Of a DNA stretch of 64,000 nucleotides, positions 51,501 to 64,000 are shown piece by piece; within the stretch, counting starts at the first letter, position 1; each line of letters begins with the position of its first letter. Below the pieces are notes generated by a model. The model was not told the DNA's origin. It saw nothing but the letters and a program-made list of their open reading frames with translations, and made no database searches. This stretch comes from Mobula hypostoma. Lineage: Eukaryota. The DNA lies in NCBI RefSeq assembly GCF_963921235.1, contig NC_086097.1:219792001-219856000 (forward strand), read 5' to 3'. The position numbers and the translations under genes were made by a program.

Positions 51501-54500
51501 CAATAGCTCTAATTGCTTTCTCTGCAGAGCATAATTACAGTATTAATTTCCAGAATCCTAGTGCCTGCTGAGATCCTGGTGTTGGGGAGAAAGGACACAG
51601 CTGGTTGTCTTGTCCTGCTATTGACATGTGACACAGAGTCCTGCCTCAGGCTGTGAATTTGCAGCTGTGAGACACCCTGTATCAGGAACATGTGATTATT
51701 CATGCTTATAAGTGCTTTAAATTATAGCCATTTCTGCAGCAGTTTCTCACTGAGGCTTGTATCAGAATGAATAGCCCAAAAAGTGGCCTTCACTTCTGCT
51801 GAAGGCAATGTTATACGGCTTTTTGCTATTTGAGGGTATAGTAAAAAAGTTCTTGCAATTTTTTACACACAGTCCCTGCTTTTGATATGGGGATTCATTC
51901 AGTGCTCGTTTAGTGTTTTGCTTTTGAATTAAGCATTCTTGTTATCTTCTGGAAAATTAAGTATTACTAATGGTGTTGACAACACCTCAGCGAGATGTAA
52001 CTATATTGATAACAGCAAAATTTTTGAGTCTATGCTCATAGTGCTGAGTTCCGTCCAACAGGAGTGAGTGTCAGAAAATCTCAAAATTTTATGTCCATGA
52101 AAGTTACTGGGAGGAAATAGCCCAGTCCTTCATGGGTAAAATCCTCCCCACCATTGAGCACACCTACATGGAGCACTGTCGCAGGAAAGGAGCATCCATC
52201 CAGGCCATGCTCTCTTCTCGCTGTTGCCATCAGGATGAAGGTACAGGAACCTCAGGGACCACACCACTAGGTTCAGGAACAGTATAACCCTTCAACCTTG
52301 AATCAGATGAGATAATTCCACTCAACTTTTCATGCCTCATCACTGGACTGCCCACACAACTTGTGGACACACTTTCAAAGGTTCTTCATCTCATGTTCTC
52401 AATATTTATTGTATATTTATTTATTCTTATTACTAGTTTTATATATTTTTTTCATTTTGTACTTGCACAGTCTGTTGGTTTTTTTTGCACGTTGGTTGTT
52501 TTCCACCCTGTTGAGTGCGGGCTTTCATTGATTCTATTGGTTTTTTTGTATTTACTGTGTTGACCACAAGAAAATGAATCTCAGCGTTCTATATGGTGAC
52601 ATATATGTACTTTGATTATAAATTTACTTTGAACTTTGAATCTCAGAGGGAAGACGTCCCACCAAACTCCCGTGGTAGTAAAACAAGCCATTTGACCATT
52701 TGACTTGAACATATTTGTGTCATTTGGTTATCACTTCATTCTTTTTCTATATCTTTTGATATAATTTAGTAACTTTATGCAGTTTTATTACACCACATTA
52801 AAGGCTCCAACTGCAGAATCACTGAGGCTGCATTTTGCTCTCTTGTGATGGTTTTATAATTAACTGATTTTCAAGAGGCCATGTAACCACAAACTGCCTC
52901 TGTTTCTGTCTGGCCAACAGAAGGCACAGAGAAGAGTCTCAGTATAGAGGTTTTTCTTTCATTCTTTAACTGCACCCAGTACCATCCTCACGCATTGGGG
53001 AAATAGTCATAGTCATAGTCATACTTTATTGATCCCGAGGGAAATTGCTTTTCGTTACAGTTGCACCAACCAAGAATAAAGTATAAATAAAGCAACATAA
53101 AACCATAAATATTTAAATAGTAATATGTACATGCCAGGAAATAAGTCCAGGACCATCCTATTGGCTCAGGATGTCTGACCCTCCAAGGGAGGAGTTGTAA
53201 AGTTTGATGGCCACAGGCAGGAATGACTTCCTATGACGCTCAGTGTTGCATCTCGGTGGAATGAGTCTCTGGCTGAATGTACTCCTGTGCCCATCCAGTA
53301 CATTATGTACATTATGGACAGCATCCTCTTTTCGGACACCACCGTCAGAGAGTCCATTTCCATCCCCACAACATCACTGGCCTTACGAATGAGTTTGTTG
53401 ATTCTGTCGGTGTCTGCTACCCTCAGCCTGCTGCCCCAGTCCACACTGACCCCCTGGATGGAAACAGGGGTCACCGGTGCCTTAGCCCTCCTCAGGTCCA
53501 CTACCAGCTCCTTAGTCTTTTTCACGTTAAGCGGCAGATAATTCTGCTCATACCATGTGACAAAGTTTCCTACCGTAGTCTCGAGTGTTCCCCTCGTGAT
53601 GCCCAACTTCAAGGAGCACTCCCTTTTATTTTTTTCTTTGCTGTATAATATGTTTTGCTTTCTGGTGCAGACAGCCTCTTACTCCATTTCTAGCTCCAGT
53701 CCCCGTTATTTACTGAGTACTTTGTTTCAGTAAGCAACTTTGAGAAGATTTTATTTTGGAGTAGAGAGAACGTAACCCTATGTCTAGGCTTTGCCAGAAT
53801 TGTTCAAACATATAATAGGTGAGCCAATTCTCAAACGTAAGTAATTGTAGCTTTCTCCTTGAGTTTTCCCAGTCGTTAAATAACAGGGTTGCTCACCTTC
53901 CTCACTTTCTCTCAGTTATGAGAGAGGTTGGGCCGGAAGTGTATAAATCTTGTTGATGATCTTGCACTTGACCGCCTCTGCTTCACATAGGTAGAAGCTC
54001 AATATTATATTGAATTGATATACAATATTCTTCTGACACATTCTTGTAACCGTAGTATCTCAAGTGGCATTAAGGAACAGCTGTAAACCCGCATGAGGGA
54101 TTTCAGGCAACATTAAGATTTTTAAAAAGGCCGCAAATCCTGTTCAGCTGCAACTCCCTATCAGAGATAGGGAAGGGCATTATGATCGTTAGTCTGGGGT
54201 TAGAAAAACTTTAATCACTGACCTTCAGATCCTGGGTCAGCCAAATTAAACACTGCGGGCAGGCATACTTGATGTTTTATTCCCAGAGCACCCATCCTAG
54301 CTGGTCATTTTGCCCCCAGGTGCTTTGTCACAGGCCTGCCTTTGTGTCTGCCAAAATCCCTCACGTTGCCTGTTCAGTTATTTCTAACAATAAAATAAAT
54401 CATCTTACAGTTATAGAGTCATGGAGATGCACAGCAGGGAAACAGGCCCTTTGAGCCAACTGAACGAAATTCCCATCTAAACTCATTACATTTGCCGACA

Positions 54501-54942
54501 TTTGGCCTAGATCTGTCTAAATCTCTCCTATCCAAGTACCTTTTGTATTCAATTACAAAATCATAACCATGCTTTAATTTTTCAAGTGCCTACAGTGTTG
54601 GCAATATGGGAATTTCAGGCTTCGTTTGATCCAAGCATCCAACATTACTCTGGGGACAAACTGAGGTTTCATTCACATTGTATATTATGACATTTATATT
54701 ATAAGTCTGTTGACAAAAGTCCCATGTACCAAATGGGATCAAGAAATGGTCACATCTTGTTGATGATTTAAACTTTGCCCTTTCGTTTGAAGGTGCTGTA
54801 CCCAGCTTCCAAATACAGGTGGGACAGTTGCCAGGAGGGACCTATAAATTAACAGCCTAGAAAATGTGCAAGAGATCAATATCAAGACCATCACTGACAG
54901 AACCATTTCATTTTGCCTAACTTTGCTGCTGATGTCATCAAT

Positions 54943-55214
54943 GGCTGGTGGCGCAGTAACATCAGCGCCAGACTCTGGAACGGAGGTTCCCGGGTTCGAA
55001 TCCAGTCAGGCCATTCCCGAGTACACTTTTCATCCATGCCGGGTTGAGTGTTAAGCTCACAAATGGACCTCGTAAAATAAAAAGAAAGAAACATACTGTA
55101 CTGCGGAATGCCTGTATGAGGAGTGGCGCACCACACAGTCTCTCATTCCGCGCCTTGGAAGGCATGAAAATGCCCGATGCTGGTCTCTTAGGCCTGAGTT
55201 GACATCATCATCAC
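54943..55214 (+). mobile_element. tRNA-derived SINE with (CAT)n tail
   Basis: A-box-like TGGCGCAGTAAC, canonical B box GGTTCGAATCC (54993-55003), CATCATCATCAC tail, and TSD CATCAATGG at 54936-54944 and 55215-55223. Confidence 0.8.
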
Positions 55215-55859
55215 CATCAATGGTGTGCAATGTGCTTTTCAATGGTTTGCCCTATTGTGGAGTAAAGTCTGTATTTGTCCAATGGGCTCTCTTTCATAAT
55301 AGCTAACTTCATCAAAGAAATAACATTCCTTTTAAGGGCTGGAGTTGATTTTAATAGCTCCCAATGGGCAGGCAATACATGGCAATGTGCCAGTTGGCCT
55401 TTTTGCACTTTGCCCAACTGTCCTTCTCCTTGATTCCAGTGCAACAGAAAATCAAAGTGCAAATCAGGAGCCCGGTCCACTACCGCCACCCGGTGAGAAC
55501 GGTTAGCATAGACCCCAGAACCTGTATACTCAGTGAGTAAAAGGTTGGTCCAAAAATGCCAGCAGCTGGTCATTTAATGCATGCCCATTCATCCATTCAG
55601 AAAACTGCTTAGCTCTGCCATCTGTTCCAGAGTTAATGCCTTCACTGTCTGAACGGTCTCTGAGTTTTTTTTTATTTGGAGAAAGAACTTTGTTGACAGT
55701 GACGTTCAATTCATTAGCTGAGATTTTGCCAGCAGTTGCCTGACAGTTTGGCATGTCACTAAATTCTGATGGCGGCTGAACTCTTCTGAGGAGTGCAGCA
55801 ACAGAACAGGAGCTTTCCCAGCGTTTTTACTATGGGGAACTTTCACCCAGAGAGAGCCG

Positions 55860-56700
55860 GTGATTATGGAGGAAGAGGGTGAGAATTTTTTAGGTCAGGA
55901 TGTCGCTGAACTGGAAGTTGTTGCAGGCCAGTAAGCACTGGGCCAGTGGATGACTGGAAAGGATACTGTTTTTGGGACTGAAGAAGCTCAAGATTGTGAA
56001 GGCTGGGAAGAAGGAGGCTTTGAATTGATCTTTTTAAAATTGGAAAAGGCAGAGATGAAGGCTTTAGCGATATGTAAAGTGAGGTAGAGGATGCCACGAT
56101 TGTAAATATCAATATTCTTGGTTACAGGTGTCGTCAAAAACACATTTTTGAATTAAATATGACGCCGTGGTTGGAAATTCAGTTGCTGGGAAGATGATGG
56201 AGCTTGTGGCTAGGAAACAGAATTAATGAAGGTGCCCACGGTTTTTACTGACATTAAGTTGGAAAAAAATTCTGCTCACCCAGTGCTAGGTGTCATCCAG
56301 TCAACAGATCAGAGAAAGTGGAGGAGTTGAAAGAGACATGTTGTGGTTGGGCCTGGCATTATCCACACCTGCACAGAACTTGATTTCTGTTTCTGGATGA
56401 TTCCACAGATCAGTTTGTAGATGAGAAACAGGAAGGGCTGAGAACAGATCAGTGAGAGACACCTGAAGCACCAATGAAGAAATATGAAGTGAAGGCAGTG
56501 CAGGTGGTCTCCGACTATCTCCACATAGGTAAGAATGGATCACATATGTAGTCCCATCCAGTCAAGTGATTGAGGAGAGATAGAAAAAGAGGCTGGTGTG
56601 GCCAACTTTGTCTAACAAAGATAAACTGAGAGGTTTACCACACAAATATTCCATTTGTACTTTTTAATAAGAGCTATGAATGTGGTAAGAACACAAAACT
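55860..56700 (-). mobile_element. Highly decayed L2-like LINE fragment
   Basis: Composition and scattered motifs resemble antisense L2 3' regions; no intact ORF. Confidence 0.35.
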
Positions 56701-57339
56701 GACAAGAGGTTCAAAGAAAAAAATGCATGGATTTTGATAGCGCACTCAAAAACTTTGAAGGGGAAGTGGGCTTGGAGATGGAGAGATATATATCCCCAAG
56801 CTAATACAGATAACCTGATCCCAGTACCATCTCCACTGGGGTGTTTTGCTGCATGTCTACTAAAGAAAAATTATATTAGTAGTTTTCCTGCCTTGCCAGC
56901 CTTATGCTCACATCCCTTCTTCTGCTTCTCTTTCTCTCTCTCCTTACTTCTTGCAGTATTTCCTGGTAAGTATTCCTTTATCTGCCTCCTTAAACCTCCT
57001 CATTCCTCCTTCTTCCACCTTTTTTATCTCTTATTTCCATTCCCCTGCAATAACTTCTCCTTTCATTTTCCCTCTATCAGATTCTGCACAGTGACCTTGC
57101 TTGGTCTGACTATCACTTCTAGTCGGCAGTCTTCTGTGAATAATGTTACATGAGGGTATCAGTGACTTTCCCGGAAGCACTCACATTTACCATAATGAAG
57201 TGCTGGTAAAGGTTGGTCATAGCTACTGCCTGAAGGGACCTGAGCCCACTGCAATTCGCTTACTGCAGCAACGGGTCAACAGCAGATGCAGTCTCACTGG
57301 CTCTCCACTCTGTTTTAGAGCACCCAGTCATCAGATCAA

Positions 57340-58730
57340 CACAGACAAAATGCTGGAGAAACTCAGCAGGTCAGGCACCTTCTGTGGAAATGAATAAACA
57401 GTCAACGTTTTGGGCTGAAACACTGCTGCAGAACTGGAAAGGAATAAAAAGGAGAGGGAGGGGGAAGAGGACAAGCTAAGGGTGATAGGTGAAGCCAGGT
57501 GGGTGGAAAAGGTAAAGGGCTGGAGTAGAAGGAATCTGATAGGAGAGGAGAGGAGTGTGGACCATGGGAGAAAGGGAAGAAGGAAGGGGTCCAGGAGGAG
57601 GTGATAGGCAGGTGAAGAGAAGAGTTAAGAGAATAGAAGAAAAGGGAAGGGGAAGGGGAAAAAAAGGAAAAAAAAATGAAGAAAATTGCAAGAAGGAGAA
57701 ATTGATGTCCATGCCATCGGGTTAGAGACTATCTAGCATGTTGCTCCTCCATTCTGAGAGTGGCCTCATCGTGGCAGAAGAGGAGGCCATGGACTGGTAC
57801 GTTGGAACAAGAATGGGGATAGGAATTAAAATGGTTGGTCACCAAGTAATTCTACTTTTGGCAGATGGAATGGAGGTGCTCGACAAAGGGGTCCCCCAAT
57901 TTACATCAGGTCTCACCAATGTAGAGGAGGCTGCATCAGGAGCCCTGGTCACAATAATAGACCCCAACAGATTCACGGGTGAAGTGTTGTATCATCTGGA
58001 AGGACCGTTTGAGGCTCTAACTGGAGGTGAATGGGCAGGTATAGCATTTCTGTCACTTGCAAGGATCTGTGCCAGGAGGGAGATTAGTGGTGAGGGATGA
58101 ATGGACAAGGAAATCACGGAGGGAGTGGTTCCTGCAGAGTGTGGGGAGAAGTTAAAGATGCACTTGGTGGTAGGATCCCGTTGAAGATGACAGGAGTTAT
58201 GGAGAATGATGTGGTGGATGCGGAGGCTCATGGGGTGGTAGGTGAGAGCAAGAGGAACTCTATCCCTATTAAGGTGGTGGGAAGATGTTGTGAGTGCGGA
58301 TGTCTGGGAAATGGAAGAGATGTGGGTGAAGTCAGCATCAAAGGGGAGGAAGGGACACTGTTCTGTGAAGAAGGAGGACATCTCTGATGTCCTGGAAAGG
58401 AAAGCCTCATTCTGAGCAAGGAGTTGATGTAGTGGAGATGACGGAACTGAGAAAAGAAACTGAGCATTTTTATAGGAGACAGGGTGGGAAAAGAAATTGT
58501 CAAGATAGTACATTTATAAAAAACGTCTTGTTTCCAGAGATGGAGACAGAGAGATTGAGGAAGGGGAGAGAGGTTTTAAGGGTTGGGTGGAAGTTGGATC
58601 AAAGTTGATTAAGTTGACAAATTGGGTGTATGAAGCAGCACCAATACAGTCATCAATGTAGAGCAGGAAGAGTTTGAGAGCATTACCAGGGGAAGCTTTG
58701 AGCATGGACTGTCCTATGTGGCCAATAAAT
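57340..58730 (-). mobile_element. Penelope-like (Neptune-type) element: RT C-terminal half to 3' pseudo-LTR; its upstream RT part resumes at 61492-61655
   Basis: LFLLYIDDCIGAAS (RT YIDD), SHPVSYKNA and NRDRVPLALTYHP, a CT-rich 3' region and a decayed hammerhead at 57399-57436. 61492-61655 encodes [29 protein letters not shown]. Confidence 0.88.
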
Positions 58731-61491
58731 CATCATCATCATCATCACCACCAGGTGCCGTACCCAGTTTGAGCTTTGACTGCCATGACCCACACACTCC
58801 TGTTTCGGGTCAAGTGAATCAATTCATTGGTATTCTTTTCAGTTCTCTGGCTGCTGTCTCCATCATCATTTGTCTTTGACTTCCTCTTGCTTTCTTCCCT
58901 TCAATCTTTCCCATAGTTACCGTGCATTCTAACTCCTCTTTCCTAATCATATGTCCAATGAAGTTACTTTGCCTTTTCATGATCTCATACATTATTCCTC
59001 TTTTTGTGCTTGCTCTGTTTATGACATCCTCGTTCGCTATTCGTTTCGTCCATGATATTCTTTGCATCCTCCTCAAAACCCACATCTCTGCTGCTAAAAT
59101 TTGTTTCTTCATGTTACTAGATATTGTCCAACATTCTGAGCCATATAACATAACTGGATAAATGTTACATTTCAGTACCCTGATGCGGGTTGTCATGCTT
59201 AGTTTAGTATTGGTCAGTATACTCTTCATTCTCGTAAAGGTGTCTTTTGCCATCCCTACTCTTCTTTTAATGTCGAAGTCACACCTGCCATCTGATGTCA
59301 CCCAGCTTCCTAAGTAGCAAAAGTTCTGTACTTGTTTTATGTCTTCCGCGTTCATTCTCAGCCTGCAGATAGGATTCTCCTTCTTTTTGGATATCACCAT
59401 ACAGTCTCTTTTTGCAATTGATAGATATACCCATTTTTGCACTTTCTTCAACAATTATATCAATTAAGTTTTGTAGTTCTTCCTCCATACTTGCAATTAA
59501 CACAGTGTCATCTACATATCTGAAATTATTGAAGTTTTCACCAACAGTTTTGATTCCCAAGATGTCTCTTATTTTTTGTAATATTGTTTCACTGTACACA
59601 TTAAGCAAATCAGGGGAGAAAACACACCCTTGTCTAATGCCTCTCTTGATTTTCGTAAACTGACTCACTTCTCCATCTATTCTTACAGCGGCAGTTTGTT
59701 CCCAGTACAGATTTCTGATTAGGCGGAGGTCTTTCGAATCTAGAATTTTCTTTAATATTTCGAATAACTTATTTTGCCTCACTTTATCAAATGCTTTTGT
59801 GTAGTCGATAAACAAACAAGCCTTTTTGCACTTGAATAGCTCGTTCTGATAGTATCCTTAACATCAATATTGTGTTTCTTGTACCTTTGTCTTTCACAAA
59901 ACCATATTATTCTTTACCTGTTTCAGCTTGTATCTTACTTCTAGCTCTTGTCATCAAAATTCTTGGAAGTATCTTGGTGATATGACTCATTAAACTTATG
60001 GTCCTATGTAATTCACATTCTGTTGCTCCAGGCTTCTTGGGAGGAGTGATAAATACTGTTTTTTTTTCATCTCTTCTGGTATTATGTTTCATAAATGTCA
60101 TTGATTAAATCAGTAAGTTTTTCAATTCCATAATCTTCAAGGGCGATAATTTGTTCTAATACTAATTCATCAAAACCTGCTGCCTTTCCTTTCTTCATCT
60201 TATTTATTGCATTACGAACTTCAGATTTTAAAATACTTGGACCTTCAGTGTTTTTCTTAATTTCTGGTTTTTCACCTTGATCGTCTTCAAACAATTCCTG
60301 AATATACTCAGTCCATCTGTTCATAATCTCATCTTTTTCCATGAAAATGGTACCATCCTTTGCTTTCAAACATCCACCTGAAGAACAGAGGAGCTTTTTA
60401 CCAGTGATATTCTTGATTTGTTATGTAACCTTTTTGGATCAGTAATAGGGATTCTTTCTGTTTGCTCACATTCCTGGTTTAACCATTCTTCTTTGGCTTT
60501 TTGACATAAGCTTTTAACATTTTTATTTAAGGACTTATATTCTATAGGATTTGCTTTCTTCCATCTCCTTTCTTCCATTAGATTTTTGATTTCATCTGTC
60601 ATCCATTTATTCTTGGTGCTTTTTTCTTTTTTAGGAATCACTGACTTTGCTGATTCTTCCAAGGCATCCTTTAGAGAGTTAAATTTCATTTCCACATGAT
60701 TGCCGTCATCTTCAACAGGTTCTATTTCTAGACTTTGAAATATATTCCTTACTTCAATTGTAAATTTTTCTCTTAAGTTTTCTTCTTTAATTAATTGCAA
60801 GTAGTCAAGGGTTTGTTCAGGTTTTTACTTCTTTAGTTTTTTAAGTTTTACTTTTACATGACATACTTCTGGGTTATGGTCACTATTACAGTCTGCACCT
60901 GGATATGTTTTGCATTGAATCACTGAGTTTCCAAATCTTTGGTTTATAGTAATAAAGTCAATTTGATTTCTAGTGTTATCACCTGGACTTTTCCTGGTCC
61001 ACAAGCATCTTGGATGGTTTTTAAAGTAGGTATTCATAATGACCTGATTATTCATCTTGCACCATTCTACCCATTTCTCACCTCGTTCATTTGTTTCCCC
61101 TAGTCCAAGTTTTCCTATGGTATTTCCATCAGCACCCTGTCCTATTTTAGCATTTAGATCTCCCCTGACAATAACAATATCTTGAGATTTGCATCCAATC
61201 TTTGCTTGTTCAAGCTCTTGATAGAATTTATCTATATCCTCATTTGTTCCATCAGTTGTTGGTGCATATACCTGTTTAATTGCTAAATCAAATGGTTGTC
61301 CTCTGAATCTAACAAGGAGCACTCTTTCTGATATTGCCCAACGTCCTATAACACTTTTTGCCATGTTTTCATCCATAAGAATTCCTACTCCATTAGTATG
61401 GGATGTTCCACAAGAATAAACTTCAATTGTCTTAAATAAATAAATAAACAAACAAACAAATAAGTAAATAAATAAATTGTTTAGAATAATT
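58731..61491 (-). mobile_element. 5'-truncated RTE-clade LINE (APE endonuclease plus RT, multiply frameshifted) inserted into the Penelope RT
   Basis: EN motifs QVYAPT, GDLNAKIG, NQIDFI and SDHNP. RT motifs FIDYTKAFDKV, GIRQGCVFSP and FRYVDD. (GAT)n tail at 58731-58752. 12-bp TSD TGGCCAAT(A/G)AAT at 58719-58730 and 61492-61503. Confidence 0.93.
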
Positions 61492-61659
61492 TGGCCAATG
61501 AATAGTAGGTGTAATAGGGGCCCATGCAGGAGGCCATGGCTGTCCCTTGAGTTTGGTGAAAGTGGGAGGAGCTGAAGAAGAAATTGTTGAGGGTGAGGAT
61601 CAGATATGCCAGACGGAGGGGGGTGGGGGGTGCTGGAGGGGAACTGGTTGGATATTTTA

Positions 61660-63330
61660 TACATCAGGTGGCTGTTTATCTATTACAGCTTGGCATTCAA
61701 TTCTTTCATCCCCTCAGTGCTAATTACTAAGCTTCAAAGTCTTGGCCTCTGTACCTTTCTCTGTAACTGGATGCTTGACTTCCATATCAGATTTGTAATA
61801 ACATCTTTTCCTCACTGTCAATGAACAGAGGAGCACCTCAAGGATGTGTGCTTAGCCCACTCTTCTGACCCCGACACTCATGCCTGTGTGGCAAGGCACG
61901 AGTCAAACATTATCTTTAAGTACACTGATGTCAGTGCTCTTGTTGACACAATGAAGAGGAATACAGGAGGAAGGTAGATCAGCTGGTTGAGTGCTGTTGC
62001 AGCAACAACCTTACACTCAAAATCAGCAAGAGCAAGGAATTGATTGTGGACTTCGGGAAGGAGTAGATAGAGCACGAACCAGATGTCATTGAGGGGTCAG
62101 TAGCTTCAAGTTCCTGTGTTAAGCAATCATGAAGAAGGCATGCCTCTGGCCCTACTTCATTAGGAGTTTGAGAAGATTTGCTGCATCATCAAAGACTCAT
62201 ACAAATTTCTGTAGCCCCCTGGCAAGCCTCAGGGTTGCTCAGCTCGCTGTCGTCTAGGGAAACAGCCCTCGGCCCCGCTAACTGGGTAATTAAGTTTGTG
62301 TGGATGCTGTGTGATGTACCCCACCCCACCAAATAACAGACAATACACCATATACGATTAAATGAATTACAGTTCATGGATATTACTGGAACTATATAAT
62401 TAATAGAGATAAAATATAAAAGGAAAATAAAAGGCACCACACTTATCAAAGTTCAATCTCTTCGTGCACAAACAGTTGGAGCTCTAGAACAATCCTCTCT
62501 CCACCATTCGATCCCCTCTGACCACCTCGACCTGCCACCTGGGACCAACTACGGTGGTTGACCAGATGCTCCACACGAGTCTGCCTCCGTCTCCTCTCCT
62601 CGCCGAAAACCCTGGACCTCGGACTCCTGTTTGGAGTCCAACCGCGTTAGCCGGCTCACAGCACCTTGTCCATCCTCTCTCTCTCTCTCTCAGTCTCACG
62701 CCTTCTGCTCAAAAACCCACGCATCACAATAACTTACAGACACACTGGAAAGAATAACATCTAACCCAATTGGTTGGTTCGTTCTGTTATCAATAATATA
62801 ACCCAAACAAGCTGCTAGCGAGAGAACTTTCTCATCATTTAACATAACAAAGAAGCCAGTTCAATTATAACATAACAAAGAAGCCATTTTAATTAGCCTA
62901 TAAATGTATGGTAGAGAGCATTCTGGCTGCCTTCATCATGGTCTGATATGGAGGCTTTGATGCAAAGAATCACGACATTGCAGACGCAGCCAGCTCTGTT
63001 ACGGGCACAACCTTCTCGCCATTGAGGACATCTTGAAGCAGTAGTTGCCTTCAGAAAGTGGCATCCACTGCTAAGGACTCTCACCTTCTAGAACATGCCC
63101 TCTTTTCATTACTACCATTGGGGAGGAATTACAAAGCTTGAAAGCCCACATTCAAAAATCCAAAACAACTTCTTCCCCACTGCCATCAGATTCCTGAAAA
63201 GTTCATGAAGCCATAAACACTACCCCATTATTTTTTGCACCACTTATTTATTTTTACAATTTATAATAATTCTTCTGTCCTTGGACTGTACTGTCGCTGC
63301 AAGATAGCTAATTTTATGTCATGTCAGCTG
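61660..63330 (+). mobile_element. Decayed Rex1/Babar LINE RT and 3' end, interrupted at 62210-62902
   Basis: [63 protein letters not shown] and LPLGRNY...NNFFP homology. Confidence 0.8.
62210..62902 (-). mobile_element. 693-bp solo-LTR-like insertion
   Basis: Termini TGTAG...CTATA (near-perfect inverted 5-mer), CpG-richer than the flanks, an (AG)n tract, and a 19-bp direct repeat TAACATAACAAAGAAGCCA at 62840-62858 and 62868-62886. It interrupts continuous Rex1 sequence. Orientation is tentative. Confidence 0.6.
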
Positions 63331-64000
63331 AACTGAATATGCTTGGACTCTTTCGATGTCTTTGTGATTTGGTGTTTTGTATCCTGTGTTTTTTTTCTCA
63401 TTTTTTCTTGCTGTTTGCGTGACATTGTTCTTTTTTTTTGCACATTGGGGGTTTCATGTTTATCTTTAAAGGGGTTCCATTGTTTTCTGTTTCGTGGCTG
63501 TCTATGGGAAGATGAATTTCAGGGTTCTATACTGCATACAGACTTTAAAAATAATTTTACTTTGAATCTTTGAATAGTAATCCTGATTCTATCTGTGAGA
63601 TCAATGGTTTCAAAGGTAGAAATACGATTTTTGGTTTTGACTTTACCTTATTGATGAATCAGTTTGGATTTCTTTATAACCCATCATGTACTGGATGTAA
63701 TTTACAGAAAGTACATTTGCTACCAAGTGTGTACCACCTCTCAGAGCACTCCCCCACCTATGGTCACATGACCTATTCTGACATGACCATTAACCCTCCT
63801 TGGTACTACTGACACCTTCCTACACCAGAGGTAATTTACAGTGACCAATGCGTTATAATGTTGGGAAATCACCATGGGGAACTCATACAGTCACTTGGAG
63901 ATAGTGCAAGCTCGACATGAACAGCACTGGAGGTTTAGGATCGAACCTGGGTTGCTGGAGCTGTGGAGAATCAGTACTAACTGCTGCACCACTGAGCCAC

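Noticed and set aside
54943..55010. tRNA gene
   Set aside because: It has Pol III boxes but no complete cloverleaf or acceptor stem, and it continues into a SINE body with tail and TSD.
60825..61664. 279-aa ORF that looks like a novel N-terminus with a hydrophobic segment fused to an endonuclease
   Set aside because: Accidental read-through of Penelope sequence (mostly out of frame), a (TTTA/TTTG)n microsatellite (LFIYLFVCLF) and the truncated RTE endonuclease across an insertion junction.

Overview
Vertebrate genomic DNA, most likely a cartilaginous fish (ray or shark). This is inferred from the repeat content: V-SINE/HE1-like SINEs, CR1, Rex1/Babar, RTE and Penelope-like elements. The only host gene I can support is the 5' part of an extracellular heparan-sulfate 6-O-endosulfatase, best matching SULF1, on the + strand. 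It has three coding exons (23335-23506, 35028-35267, 46504-46655) giving residues 1-188, including the signal peptide and the catalytic CCPSR motif; I did not find the next exon in the window. Almost all other ORFs are fragments of decayed retrotransposons or noise. I see no convincing new multi-gene system. The most interesting unexplained structure is in the repeats: (1) a dozen dispersed, mostly degenerate minimal type I hammerhead ribozyme motifs carried by two Penelope-like families; (2) Penelope insertions with twin-priming-like 5' inversions, one with a clear TSD; (3) a nested TE complex at 57.3-63.3 kb with recoverable junctions; (4) a 48-bp TG...CA mini-LTR; (5) a Tigger-like MITE that keeps only the DNA-binding HTH. 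Boundaries of decayed repeats are approximate, and family names come from motif recognition rather than database searches.
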